Assembly: GCA_051362555.1 (NCBI GenBank)
Contig: CM120640.1
Span: 5,704,001-5,768,000 of the forward strand
Direction of reading: 5' to 3'
Length of the DNA stretch: 64,000 nucleotides
Source of the DNA: Lingula anatina
Taxonomy: Eukaryota; Animalia; Brachiopoda
Part shown: piece after piece, positions 14,901 through 29,000 of the stretch
How positions within the stretch are numbered: the stretch's first letter is position 1
Layout: every line of letters begins with the position of its first letter
Program-made: the position numbers and the translations under genes
Notes under the pieces: generated by a model
Databases searched by the model: none
Seen by the model: the letters and a program-made list of their open reading frames with translations, nothing else
What the model was told of the DNA's origin: nothing

Positions 14901-15384
14901 TTTGTGTGCTTTCAGTTCTCTTTCTATTTCCTCTTTCTCCTCCTGTTCCTGACGCTTCAACTTTTGAAGAATTTCTCTGTGAGTGGGATCAAGCTTCTCA
15001 GGGTCCAGACCATTCATTTTGAGGTTTGATGTTTCACTATCACTGCCGGATTCTGAGGATTCCATGTCAGAATCTCCATTTAAACTCCCGTTGGACTGAA
15101 AAGTAAATTAAATTTGACGTATAAAACAGAACCATACATCAAAATAATCTGAACCGTGTTTAAAAAATTGTTTACGCAATATTTTAAATTTTATAACATG
15201 AATCATACTCTCATCACGATTTCAGACATTTTTTCTTTCGGAAATTCTCAAGTTTTTCTTTGACGCGGAATGTCTGGAAAATGCACATAATCAAACAATT
15301 ACTATATATTCTGACCTTTCTTTGAATAGGTGAAAAACAAACGGGAAATCTTTCCACTTCTCGGACTTCTCCCGTTAGCGCCAT
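2917..15384 (-). CDS. ARID3: ARID3 / dead ringer (retained)-family transcription factor, 5' portion; the gene continues beyond the left edge of the window
   Basis: Exons 15316..15384 (MALTGEVREVERFPVCFSPIQRK, donor gtcag), 14613..15095 (SNGSLNGDSDMESS...HHWTFEEQFKQ, donor gtaag) and 2917..2989 (LYELSDDSKRKEFLDELFDYMQKRG, ttttcttttag / gtaag). Phases 0,0,1 are consistent. WTFEEQFKQ-LYEL..KRKEFLD.LF..MQKRG is the start of the extended ARID domain of ARID3/Dri proteins. Confidence 0.93.
14613..15095 (-). CDS. ARID3: ARID3 exon 2 (charged coiled-coil-like and Ser/Pro-rich N-terminal region)
   Basis: Overlaps ORF 14589..15065; acceptor ttttcag and donor CAG|gtaagt; ends HHWTFEEQFKQ. Confidence 0.92.
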
Positions 15385-16128
15385 ACTAGCAATGCTAATA
15401 CAGCGTACACAAAAACGAAAATCAACAAGGTGTCGGTAGTACGTATGCTAAGCACTAAGTGTAGCCAGTAGCACGCGAGAACAGATCAACTGCGAATGTG
15501 AAATGAACAAGTGTTTATACCGAAGTGCTACCGTGAGGATGTCACAATGCGCACGCCCCACCGAGTCAGCCAATTAACGAATGAGCTGTCCCTTTAACAA
15601 TAGAGCTCACCTCCCCACGGTGTTTGTGCAGCGCGCACATGCAGGGAAACCCCTACCCAAGACCTGCCCATTCCGAGACCTCTCTGACAACCCGACCAAC
15701 TCACCGCGCTATTGTCCATGCTGCTCTCCGTTTGTTCCGGTTCCATCGGCGAAGAATTGCCAATGTATTAATACAAAGATACTATTATCTCATATCATAC
15801 GAAATCAGCCTGAAGCTAATGATATCAAACCTTCGGAAAGCCGCACTTTATAATGAGCTATCCCACCAGCCAATGCTAGCATACAGGTCACATGATCGAA
15901 TCGGAATCACCTACGGAATCCCCTCAACTTCACCAGAAGATGAAGGCATAGGGAGTAAAATTGAGTATTTTAAGTAAATCTCTTTTACAAAGCCAGTAAG
16001 GAAATCTAAATATTGCAGGACTTTGCCTGATTCTTTGCTTTTTTTAACTTGTTTTTCTCAAATTTTGAATATATATTTTCGATTTTTTGGATTAATTTAC
16101 ATTCGAAAACGAGGCACTAACAATAAAA
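15385..16128. promoter_or_regulatory. Divergent promoter region between ARID3 and UTP15
   Basis: 744 nt separate the opposite-facing ATGs (15384 on -, 16129 on +). The region is locally GC/CpG-rich against a CpG-poor background. Motifs: GC/KLF-like CACGCCCCAC 15552, CCAAT 15570 and 15870, E-box TCACATGA 15888, YY1-like AAAATGGCG 16126..16134. Confidence 0.75.
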
Positions 16129-19100
16129 ATGGCGACAGCCTTCAAGAAAACCCCTCTACCACGTGTACGCGAAAAGATAACGTCTGATGTGTCATACTGG
16201 AAAAATTTAGAGGTAAATTACAACACAAGAATAGGTGAAAGTAAAAAACACAACATTTCATTCGACGAGCAGTTAATTGCATGTTTGTATTGGTAAAACG
16301 AATTGTCTTCCTAGTGTTCCTCGAGTCAATGGCAGTGTGCAAGCCTGTTTTCTACACATTGCTTTCATGTATATATATATATCTGATTGGTAATACAAAA
16401 CGTTATATATTTAAAATGTAAGACAGCTTTCAGAAATATTCAAGTGCAAAATGTACAGGCGTGGACATAGTCTACCACGAAGGGAATCTTAGAAATTATC
16501 CACAATTTTTTGCCCCCTCTTCCCAAGCATGCTTAAATGGTAATAATGTGTTATGAATATTGTACAGATACAGTGTATCTCCCTATAGAAACATGATTGT
16601 AATGCTATTGGTTTTTGTGTGTTGTCATTATTAGTAGGTGTCATGTAGATGTCATGTAGGGTAGTACATGTAGGGTAGAGAGCCAACAGATATGCAAACT
16701 GTTTTATTGCGTGCCCAGAAAACAATTATGAACAAAAATATGTATTGTCTATTGGGTGTATTTTTGCTCCTGATGGTAGTTCATTTGAGCAAGGGTGATC
16801 CCCCTGTAGTCTTACAGTAAGAAGTACACCAAATATTAAAATTAGTTAAGTGGGGATGAATTTTAAATTTTATGTCCCAGATTGTGTTCTCGGTTTTTTA
16901 TTTCATATGAACATGGTGTTACAATCATTGATCGTCAGGTCAGCCTAAATTCCTCTCTAGGTGAGAAAAAGCATTGATAAATCTGAAGGTACTATTACTT
17001 CTTAAAGTTAAAAGTTTTTTCACTTAAATACGTTTAAAAAAAGTTCTGGCTTGTAACCGGTTTCTGCTTACCCTGATAACATAGCCTTCTGCTGGAAGAC
17101 AACGATCAGCAAACCTAGATATCATGATACACTTTTGTATGAATGTGGATAAGTCACCAATCCATAGTCGACTAACTTAAGTTTTAGCAAAAGTCCAAAA
17201 GTCCAAAAGCTTTGGTCTTTTGTGTGGAATCAGCCCCAGTATATATGTACTTGGGTTATGGATAAAATTGTATGATAAGTTGAAAGTATAAAACTTAACA
17301 AAGGTTTGACCAAAATACAAGAACATAATTTCATTGGTAATGGACAAGGGTTAACATGGGAATAGATCTAAGAAAAGTGTTTACCAGCCCAATTAAAAAA
17401 AAAAAAAAATACTTAATTCAGATGATGATATTCATAGGCTAGAAGTTTACATTAGAAAGCTCTATCATGACGATATGAATATCGTTTGTGCATCACATGA
17501 TCTGCATAGATGTTTAATAGTCTAATAGTCTACCAATGTTTAATAGAAAATATTAGATACCTTTATATTGCAAATGATTTATTTCTAAACTTTATATTGT
17601 AATATTAAGAAGGAATAAATTCTATTTATTTATAAGATTTTACTTAACATAATTGACTGCTATGAACAGCAGCAACTGTCCAAAGATGGTTTTGAATATC
17701 AAGAACCTGTTACTTATTATTTGAAAATCTCTGTCCACCAATATCGTACTGTTAAACTTTTGGTTAAATGTTTTTCAGGCTATGTAGTTTGTTTTTTCTT
17801 TATACTATTAAAAATTTAATTTTAACAAAAACTTAAATACACTTTTAGTTTCCAGTCACAAATAAGGAATTTGGTGCTGTGACACACATAGATTTTAGCC
17901 AAGCTGCGCCTTATGATTTTGCTGTTACAAGTTCTACAAGAGTAAGTACAAAACTCTACAAAAGAGGTAAGAGAAATATATAAGAAAATCAATTGCAGTT
18001 ATAAAAATCTTTCTCGTAAGTTCATGGTGTGCCCACACCAAGCTTTTCCATTCCTTTTGGTTATGTGCTAATTTTGATGCAAATACAATTACTCAAGTGC
18101 ACCCTTTGATAAAGCTGCCTAGTTCTTTGTTTGCATATTATCAGAACCGTTTTTGGTGGATATATTATCAAAACTGATTTTAAATGTTTTATTAAAATGG
18201 CCATCTTTAGTGCAAAAAGGTCCTCCAACATCAGATTGTAATAATTGAAAATTCAGTTATAACAGATCCAAGACTTCCACCCCTGTGACACTAATCAGCT
18301 CCAGTACTTCCAGTCTGCAGCATTTTATTGGCTAGGAGTGGAATGCTTAATGAAAAGATAATGTAATGTCACATAATAAATTGGGACGCATAATCAATAG
18401 CAGAATTCCCTGATGTGTAAAAATGATTTCTATCTCATTGAGTCTTTGTCTGTGTGTTTTGACTCACATGCAGGAACATTCAGGAACTGAACATTACACT
18501 TAACTAAGTGTACAACTCCCCTCCCTCCCTCTATTTTTTTCCTTCATAATTGGTATGAAAAAACAATTAAACGATTGGTTTATCTTTTTATTTGATAAAA
18601 ATTAAAGATCAAGAGCTCACCATTTATTGATACAAATGCATGGATTATATTTGTTGGAGACAATGTTTTATATCCAAAGGTATCAGTGCAGTGGCATTTC
18701 AAACACTGAATAGTATTACAGTAATGAGAGTCAGTCAAAGTGAACCATGATGGATTCTAAAGCTGTTTACCTATCTTGAAATTAATTTTTGCAGATAATT
18801 TTGAGAGATTTAAAGGAATTAATGAAACTTAAATAATAGGAATGTGTTGTAATGATTTATCTTGTGTAATCATTTTAATAAAAACAAAAAAATTGAAATG
18901 ATAATCTTTTTTCCCCATATCACTTCGTTTGAATCTTTTTTCCATATCACTATGTTTTTTCCAGGTTCAAGTCTACAATTCAAGAACTAACAAACCAGAT
19001 AAGACTTTTTCCAAATTTCGAGAAGTTGCATACGGAGGTAGTTTCCGGGATGACGGCAAGTTACTGGTGGCAGGCGGTGACGAAGGTGTGGTTCGACTGT

Positions 19101-22100
19101 TTGACGTTGAAAGGAAAGCCCTCCTCAGAGTCTTCAAGGGTCATAAAAGGTATTTAATTCATCAGATCTGTGTAACATGACAGTTATAAGTCTTACCCTA
19201 GACACTTGTGAGGTTTCCATCTTGCCACTTAATTTTAGCTGTGCAGGTTAGCATGCTTTTTTTTTTACTTAACAGATCTATCTGTTCATCATTACATTAA
19301 TTTTTTTGCTGTTATGAAAGAATGAGCAATGGAACTTTTACACGACAAAAATGCAAAAAAAAAAAAGTTAAGTATGGTGGGGGGGGGGGGGGGGTAGAGA
19401 AAAGGCGACATATATAAACTTCTGTGACCTGTCTTTCCTACCAAGTCTTTGGCCTCATTCAAGACAGTTTTATGAAAAAGGAAAGACTGGTTTCAACATC
19501 AGGAAATGGACACAGGATTGCTCACTTACTATGCCGTTGTTTTGTGATTCTATCTATTGCTCATTGTACTGAGCTCTAAAAGATTGCCAAGATCTGGTTT
19601 TGCTAGAGAATTTCAGTCTTGAAATTTGTCAAAAGCTTCTTCAGTTCAATACTGCCATTAGTAAAATGAGATGTATTGGAAAGATATTGTTGTGATGGAA
19701 CAATGTGTATTTTTTATATAAAGAGACATTTGCGGTAAATGTTATGTATATATTCTGATAACCAGTGTCTATCCATTTCACTGCAGTTGCTGTCGACCTG
19801 TTTGTTTGCCTCGAAAGTTCCAGACTTAATAGTGTACTTTGTTTACTATGAATTTACTGTTTAAAAATACAGGTCAAATTAAAATCAGCATAGTTGTGAT
19901 CAAATGATCATATTTCCTTTTTATAAGTACATTTCATCTTTATTTACCCCATAGCATTCAAAGTTATTTTTTCACTTATTAAATTCCATAGGGTGGTGCA
20001 CAGTATTTACTTGAATGAGCATGTTTACAAAATGGACAGAGTAACCCGATTTCCTTTATTTAGTGTTTGCATTTTTTGCCAGCTTGACTGCATACTAATA
20101 CAGTAATGACATGAATTGACCTCTTTTGTTGAGTGTTAATTGTGTGATTTTCATGTCCTGGATATCCTTAACAAAAATGAGAGAGAAACCTCATATATTT
20201 CACATAATATATTGGGTGATTAAGCTGTCCTTATTGTCCTTATGATGGAGCTATGACAAGCTTTGATTTGACTTTATCAATGGAAATCAAAATTACAAAT
20301 GTTTTGTCTTCTACACATTTCTTTCTTTCGTGCAGTAAGCTTTTCTTATTATTGTTGTGCAACTAATGATAAGTTTGACATTAGAGTATTTGAAGTAACA
20401 GTATCAAATTTAGAGATTTCTTGTATTGTGTTGAGATCTACATTTTGAATGAACATTTGATGATACCAGAGAATGCTGCAACTTTAAAATGTGAAAAATG
20501 TTCTTGTTGTCAAAATGGAAATGCCATCTAGTAAGAAACACCATTGGAGCAAAGGCATTAAGGAAGCCTAAGTGATGTTTGTCAAATGATCTGGAGATAT
20601 AGGGTGGCTTCATTGTACCTTCTGTCACCTCTGGAACTTTGAAGACAGTGAACAATGTGTCTGCACATATGATCAATTATGATACAGTTAAGGCTTCATT
20701 GCCTGATGATCATTGTTTCTTATAAGAATTTGCATGGCTTTTGTAAAGATCAAGTCTCTATCGGAAGTGTACTGTGTTTTTGCTTAATGCCATTTTTTGT
20801 GGTTTAATTTCCCTGGTTTAGGTAGGCGGTTAGTGGGCTATCACTGATGAATGATCGTGACTTCTTCCGATTTTGTGGTTCTAGTAAGATTCATAAAAGC
20901 CAAGTAAGATTTGTCTTTCATAAGAGATCAGTATGAATTGGTAAAATAGAGCAAGGGGTTTCATCAGGAGTAAAATCAAAAATGGTCGTTGAAGCATAAT
21001 TTGAGGTCATTCACATTGATCATCTAATTACCCATGTCATTGCCACACAAAACATTCTGGTCTGCTTCTTAACTGCCCATCCATAATTCAATTTTAATTT
21101 ACTTTTACTGTGTTGGTAAGTATTTTTTACATTATATTATTATGTTATATCTTTTTCTTGTATTTTTACAGATTTTTTTCTGTAATATGTTGTACTCAAT
21201 CACTGTGGCAGTGGTGTATTTCATAATCTATCTTTTAATTTGCTGGGAGGTTTTGTATCAGGTTAATAATGAGCATAACGGTTATAACAAATTTGGAATA
21301 GTGTATATTCTGATCTCCCATGATTGTCCTTGTCTCTCTTGTTGCTGTCTGACAAATACTCATTTATCCCATGAAAACCAAACGGATGATTTCTTTGTAG
21401 TTCACCCAGGTTCTTGTTTGTCAAAATAGAGACCAGGTTCAAGGATTTAACATAGGATTATTTTCACAGAATTTTTGTGGTTGTGGGCTATTTCGGTGTT
21501 GTTAACATCACAAATGTCAAATAACTGTTTTATTTTTACTTTGAGTTCAAGGTTGACACTTGTACAGTGAAGATACGGATATTCCTAGAAATGTTAGTAA
21601 TTTCTCCTTGTTCGCCAAAGTATAATCCCCTGTTGAGAACAACTTCTGGATGGAATCTCCTTTCATTTGAGTAAAAAAATTAGTATGCATCACTGAAAAC
21701 CTCATTGGTGCTAGAGTGCCCCCTTCATAACTTGTTGAAAACAAATGGCAAACAGATCTTCCCTGCTTCTAAGTAAAAGGTCATGTAATTTTCATTATTT
21801 TAATCTCTTATCTGGAGAAGTCAACAACTGTCGTAACATAAACAATGAAGTCTTTTGGGTGTAAATTTGAAAGTCAGTTAAAAAAAATCCCACCCAAGTC
21901 TTCTCTAACACAATGAATTAGGTTATGTATAAGGCCCCATTCAGAATAGGGGACTAACTAATCCAAGGGTCAAATATGGTCGACCCACTTGAAATACTTC
22001 CCCACAGGATATCTGTGCAGTGTCTATTAGCGGATTAGACAGTAAGCATTGTAGTGGGTCACCATATTTGACCCTCAGACTAGAAGTTTTCCAATTCTGT

Positions 22101-22989
22101 GTGTAGTGTCATTGTGTATATAGTGTGCAGATATTGATGATTGGAAGAACTTTCCTAACAGTTGTTCATTAGTATATTTGAACCTATGTCTAGAAAATTA
22201 AACTACTTTCAAGGTCATTGGTTATCATGGCTATATCAAATGAAAATGTAAAAATGTGAAAACTGACCTGTCATTATGTTCCAAATTTTGATCTTTGAAA
22301 AGATAAAGGTATAGACAACAAATGAAGGAAACTTTTTCCAAATTCAGTAACTGTGTTTCTCAATATTAAATAAAATTTTGGAAATTTGAAACTACCACAA
22401 GGAAGCTTATATGCTGATCTTATTCATTAATTATTTAATGTTTTTTGTTTTTTTTTTCACTGCAAGATCTATTAATTTTGAAGTTTTTGCCTCTCCAGTT
22501 TAACAAAAATTTGACTTTCTTCCTTTTTTGATGACAGCATGCATTTTTGCAAAGAAAGGATCCCCAGGGACCAAAGTCTATAACTAGACAAAAAAGGAAG
22601 GAGATCAATTTTTGGACAGTGTCAGTGTACATCTAATTCTTACATACACATATATGCTTCTTAATGTGCACCAACAACCAAAGTCATGGTGTTTCATGTT
22701 TTCAAATTCAGTGTAGCTATAGACTAAGTACTTGTGTTCAAGTTAGAATCAATTAGGAAGTTTACTCTGGTCAAAATGCAAATCAAGATTAATGCTAAGA
22801 TTTTACCTATTAGTGCTTACCTTAAAGTATATGCAGGTATGTACCACGTAGCAGCCATACTTTATTTGTAAAATTGCTGAGGTATTTTTGAATTACAGAT
22901 CAAATTTTGAGAATTGAATTTTGGTAATTAAGTGAACTGAGGTAAATGACTGTGTGTAGAAAAAACAATATCCCTTTTAACACCAAGGT

Positions 22990-23056
<67 letters not shown>

Positions 23057-26000
23057 TTTAGGACAAGGATGAAATTATAACAACCAATCCCTTTAATGCA
23101 CTGAAATAGACAGGTTAAGCCTTGTTAAGTATACACACATTAAAGGATTGGCTGTTTGTGGTATCAAAATGAAAATATCTGTAATTATAATTTCTCTGAA
23201 TCTATTCTTTTTTCTTTTTTTGTCTAATCTCTGTGTGTGGGCAGATCATGTGGAGCTATATGTCACAGTGTGTCACAGTGTGTGTCATTGAAGAATAACA
23301 ATATCATTGTACAGGTAGTGACAAAGTCACAGTAGCGGAGGGCACAGGTACAACACGTACTGATAGATGAAGGTCAAGTACCTGTGCCTAAACCCATTTC
23401 CAGTATCCTAGACCTCGTCAATTTGAAAGTGTTGGTCTATCTTATACTAACTTGTAGGTTTGTAGTATTGCAACCAGAGGTGTATTAAAACCCAGCAAAA
23501 AGAAAATTTAATGATACATGACTCCTTGCCAGAATCCTGGTGCTGGGAGACTTGCTTTTTTCCCAGTTGGCAAAGACTACGGCCACTTGAGTTGGTGGAA
23601 TTGTATTTACGTCTCCATAATCTAACCTAGGGGAAATTATATTCAAGCAAAGACTAATGCAGTAGCACAAAATAAATTTAAGCAGTAATCTAATCTAATC
23701 TGATCAGAAGGAATATAAATTCAATTAGATTACTTCAAGAACATCAATTGCATGATAGTCTATTAACTCAAAAGTGTTTCAGTTAGTATAAGCTGTTGCC
23801 AATTTCTGCACGATAGAAAAGATTCAAAATCCAATTTCTATCCAAAGGTCAAAAGTCAGAGCAATGTTATAAGGGGGGATATTTTTTTAACTTTTTCAGG
23901 AAAGTTACTTTTATTTTAAGGAGTGCTACCTACATATTCTATTGTCTTTTGGACTGTCTAGTGGTTGGCATTCACAATGTCTTTTTTTTTCATAATGCCA
24001 ACAGTGTAACATGGTGTTCCTTATTTCTAGGCACTACTAATCTGAAATATTATAAGCTATTGCAATATGATACAATTACCAACCCTTATGGTTTGTAATG
24101 GAAGTTGCGATATACCAATTGTATGAAACCTTTAAAGGAAAACAAAAGTAAAGCCAGTGATCCAAAAAACTTGAAAGGAACAAAGACTATTCATGACATT
24201 TTGCAAACTGATGTTGTGCATGTTTGCTTTCTAGTGATTTCGTATCAAATCCACAAATCTTGGATTGTGGATGATTTTTTTGTGCTATTTATTTTTTTCT
24301 TATATGTAATCATAAGATTTTGCAGTATTTATTTACTGCTATATAAAAATGAAGACCACTGGTTCCTGTACGAAATGCATATAATTGCATACAATTTCTT
24401 TAAAATTGTCTACTATCCTCTTTGACAAGGGTTATCATATGAGGAAAAAATTGCATATGATGAGGCCATACCTTAAAGCAGTTCATTTATCTAAATTTTG
24501 TATAGCTTTTAATGTATTGTAGTTTACCTCTAATGTTTATATTTTGTATATGTTCACAAAGAATTCTTAATGTGTCACTAGAGATCTTCATCACATCTGG
24601 TAGCACGTGCAATTATTTTGTTTTTTCTTCTATGGAGAATTTAAAGATTTTTATCATTAAAACGTCAGCTTCACTATCGATTTGTGGCAACAGGTGAACT
24701 ACCTCCAGTGATGAAAATTGGTTTCTTAGAATGTCAGACCCCCCCTAAGGTGTTCTTACTATTACAAAGTTTTACTTTGTATTTGGGAAGTCTGTCAGTT
24801 ACTTATTCAAACTCTGACTGTTGTGTGATCAGGGGTTACCTGAAAGTACATCATGCGTATCTGTCTCACCTGTCTCAAATTTTACCTTGATTGTTTTTAG
24901 TAAAAATCAATACTTTACCAAGGAGGCTTTTGAAAATAATAACAGAAGCATGAAATTATAAAATCAATAGAAATATATGTACACCTGATATTGAATTACT
25001 ACTGTGAATTTTCTGGATTTGGTGTTTTCTTTCTTTTCCCCTGATGATCTTTTCTTTCTTTCTTTTTCTTCACATTTTCTTTTCTTTATCTCTCTCTCTC
25101 ATTCTCCTTTGTTCTGTCTGTTTATGTTACTGAGAACTCGGCTAAGGCCAAAATGTATTCTTTTAAGTCATTCATTAATCTCTATATACACTAACTTCTC
25201 TTTCCTGTAAGAAGTAGACTGGAATTTTCAATCAAATCCAGTTAACCCATTATATTAGATTAAATTCAGATTAAAAGAAGTAGCACATATTAAAGCACTA
25301 CTGAAATGGCAGTGAATTGAATTAAGTTTAACTTAAAAGGGGGTTAGTGTTTGTAGACATCAGTTTTAAACTTTGTTGCTCAGACAGTTCCATCAGTGTT
25401 GTTGTTTGTTAGAAGAGCATATACCCTGGCAGTGGGCAAAAGGATGGGAAATTTGATTGTCCTCTACACTGGAAGTCATCTTTAAAAAAAATAGAAAAAA
25501 GCATGATGTCTTGCAGGAAGAAATCTTCTGTCATTGGCATAAAATTAAATTAGCTCAATTGCTGGCCCTAGAATTGAGTTATAGCCAACCAGATCCACAC
25601 TGGGCTGTTTGATTGCTATCTCTTGATAGGCATTTGAACTGTAAAGTTGCTGCCTTGCACATAGCAGTAAATTAAGAGATGAGAAATTCTCCTGGGATGC
25701 AGTCTTTTATTCCATTTCTATTCCCTCTTTTTCTTTCTCTTTCACACTTGCAGTGTGCCTGCATGTCTGTTATGTGTCTATCTGTTTGTCCGCCAACTCA
25801 ACCGTAATGCTCCTCTTCTGTCTTTTTGTTCAAATTAGAAAAATACCAAACCTCAATAATGAAAATATGACATATTCCTTTTTTACTGTTTCAGTCCAGT
25901 TCATGTCACAAAATTTACAGCAGACAACTTTCACTTGGTGTCAGGCGCAGATGACACGACGTTTAGACTCTGGGACATTCCAGGGGAGAGAGAAGTGATA

Positions 26001-29000
26001 TCGTACTCAGAACACCAGGTAACTTGATGTCATCTTAATGGTACCATGGCAAAATGGCTGCTACAACTCTTAATAGTATACAGTTGCTACTGAATTGTTG
26101 CCCCAAACAACTGAATTTGTATCAAAAAAGCACTGTGAACTAAGACAATTGAAGTTCATGTGTTAAAGTGATGTGAAGGGTTTGGGGAAAAGTTACTGTT
26201 TTTTTCTGTGGGTTTTTATGTTACCAAAAATGAAGTTTTTATATTTTATTATTTATATATTTATACACTCATGGATGTTCTTAAAAGTTTGGCAATGTAG
26301 ACTTTTGAACAAATAGGGATGCACGGAAAATTGCTGCAATTTTCATGTTTTTCTTTTATAACCTTGATACATTCACAATGTCAGTTGTTATCAGTTATTT
26401 TATAAATACACACTGTTGCAAAAATTCTGTCTGTACTTGATAATTGGAATAATATTGCTGTTGGGTGATAACAAGATCAAGATCATAACTATACCAATGG
26501 TAAATAATTACCACACTTAATGGATGTAAAATTATGAATTAGCAGTTTTACTTCACACATTTCTTTGGACTTGACAAACTGCACAATGCTGCAAGATTCA
26601 GTGCTTTTGAGTAGGCATGAAATAATTTTTCTGTCCCATTGGGTTACGTCAGCCATTTTTTTCACATTTATGGCCCTGATTAACAGGGGCTGTCATTGTG
26701 GTTTGTCATAAATGAAGTGAGGAACATAAATGATCTACATGTTGTATGCTTTGTAATTAATTTATTTTTTTCCTCTTGGAAAAAAAAGTAGAACATTTCC
26801 AAGTGGTTTGTATTATCACATTTTTCTTTTCAGGACTATATCAGAACAGGTGTTACTAGCAGGGCAAGCAAAGACATTGTTGTATCAGGTAAGATCATAA
26901 ATATAATATTGAGAAGAATAATGACTATTTATTTATTTTTTTCAAAATAATATTTCTGAACTTATCTGTTTAGTGAAGCTGTTTTTCAGGTGGTTGGGAT
27001 AAAACTGAGTCAGTGCATATTGAAGTGTATATCAGTCAGTCATACATAATGTATATCATGGAACCAGTGGATATATGTCATAGATATGCATCCAACAGAA
27101 ATTATGAAGTAATAATCTATTATCTTGCAAATAATGAAGCTATCAGATTAGAAAGGTAATATGTTGACTGTGTGGCAGATTTTCACAAATTACCTGACAG
27201 AGATAATGATTTCAATAAGATATCAATTGTAGATGCCACAAATCTGTGTTTCAGTGCAAAGTATGATTTAAAAATGTTTGATGGATTTACAGATATTGCT
27301 TGTACACCCTTTTTTAATCATTTACTGCTGCTTTTTCTTTTTTATACTGCAATAAAATGGATACAATTAAAGTATAAACTTTGCGGAAAAGAAACTATTA
27401 TTTTTGTGCATGTAAAAAACAGAACCTTAATTTATGAAGAGGTTGGTTATTTTGCAGTTATTACATCATAAACCACCTTATAAATAAAAGCCACTCTATT
27501 TTCAATGCAGTTTAACTAAACTGTCAAATATCTATATGACAACATTTGTCCTTCAGGTTCCTATGATCACACAGTGAAATTGTACGACACGCGCACGGAC
27601 ACCAGTGTGTTAACAGTGGACCATGGTCAGCCAGTGGAGAGTGTCCTCATGTACCCTGGAGGGGGACTTTTTATTTCGGCTGGTCAGTGAAATGCATCCT
27701 ATTTACTTCTTCTTCACTGATGTGGTTATTAGTGGTTTTTAATGGTTTTGGATATATTTTAAAGGAAGATTTAGTCATTTCTTTGATTTTAAAGAATTTC
27801 CAACAAACCAAAGGGAAATCTGTAATTTTTTAACATTGTATTTATTTTTCAACAGCAAAAGTCGTTTTTGTAATTACTCTGCAAGACAAGATAAAAGCAG
27901 GAATCTTTAATCTTCATCTTTTGCATAATGACAAATTAATTTTACGTACATTATCAGCTTTTATTTGATGGTATCTAGGTGGCAACTACATCAAAGTTTG
28001 GGATGCTTTGGCTGGGGGCCGTCTGCTGACGCAGTTCAGCAATCACCACAAAACTATCACTTCCATGTGCTTCAGCAGCAGCTTCAAAAGGCTTCTCTCA
28101 GGCGGAGTTGACCGGTGAGATTTGTGGTTTTGGTCACACCATTTCGTATGACAGTATTCAATGTGATTCCACTTGTTTCTGAGTTATTGGATGCTGGTGT
28201 GATTATTTAAATGGATAATTGGGGGACAGAGATAGCCTGAGTAGGTTTTTTTACTCCTGAAATTGGATTGATTATTAATGATTGTGAATTATTGTGTCAT
28301 ATGTCATAATTATTTGTTCAATTAAACTTTGAAGAAAGTGTATGGTTTTGATTTAAAATGAGAAATTGATAAAAATATTTTTTTCATGTCAGACATGTAA
28401 AAATCTATGATGTTGCTACATACCAAGTTGTTCATACTTTGGACTACCCTGCTGCAGTTCTCAGTCTAGGTGTTGCTGTAAGTATTTTGTCTAGTTGATA
28501 TTCATAGCAATTATATGTTTTTAATTCAAACATTGTAAATCATAATTTGAATGGCAAATGATCCAGTGAAAGTCTTCCCTGAAAGTGCAATTTAGATAGA
28601 TGTGTATTATGCAGTAAACATGTATATTACATTGAATTAAACACATGAAATTGATATAAACTGAATTGATTTGATGTGGTTTGTTGAAATTGGCATGTAG
28701 TGGGCGTGACATTTGGGTATCATTTCAGCCTGATGACAGTGTCATTGCTGTTGGAATGGCAGACGGGCTGCTCTCTGTTCAACATAGAAAAGCTGAGATG
28801 GAAACGATAACAACTCAAAAGAAAAAGAAGAAAGCATCCTATAAATATGTTCTGAGAGGAAAAACCTTTGTACCTTCAAATGTAAGATTGTGTTCTTGTT
28901 AATATATATATTTTTAAAATTGCATGAAGCACAGTAACAGTCTAGTGCTCTATAATTTCTAAACAGCCAAGAATGAAACTGTATTTTGTTAATTTAGATA

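Noticed and set aside
15581-15977. Overlapping 90 aa and 117 aa plus-strand ORFs
   Set aside because: They lie in the GC-rich ARID3/UTP15 promoter region, show no recognisable domain or splice structure, and are expected by chance from higher GC.
17418-17490. ATGATGA C-box-like motif and GATATTCATA/TATGAATATC stem in UTP15 intron 1 as a possible C/D snoRNA
   Set aside because: No CTGA D box at a suitable distance, no terminal stem and no recognisable rRNA antisense element. Other C-box-like motifs (e.g. ~24458) fail the same test.
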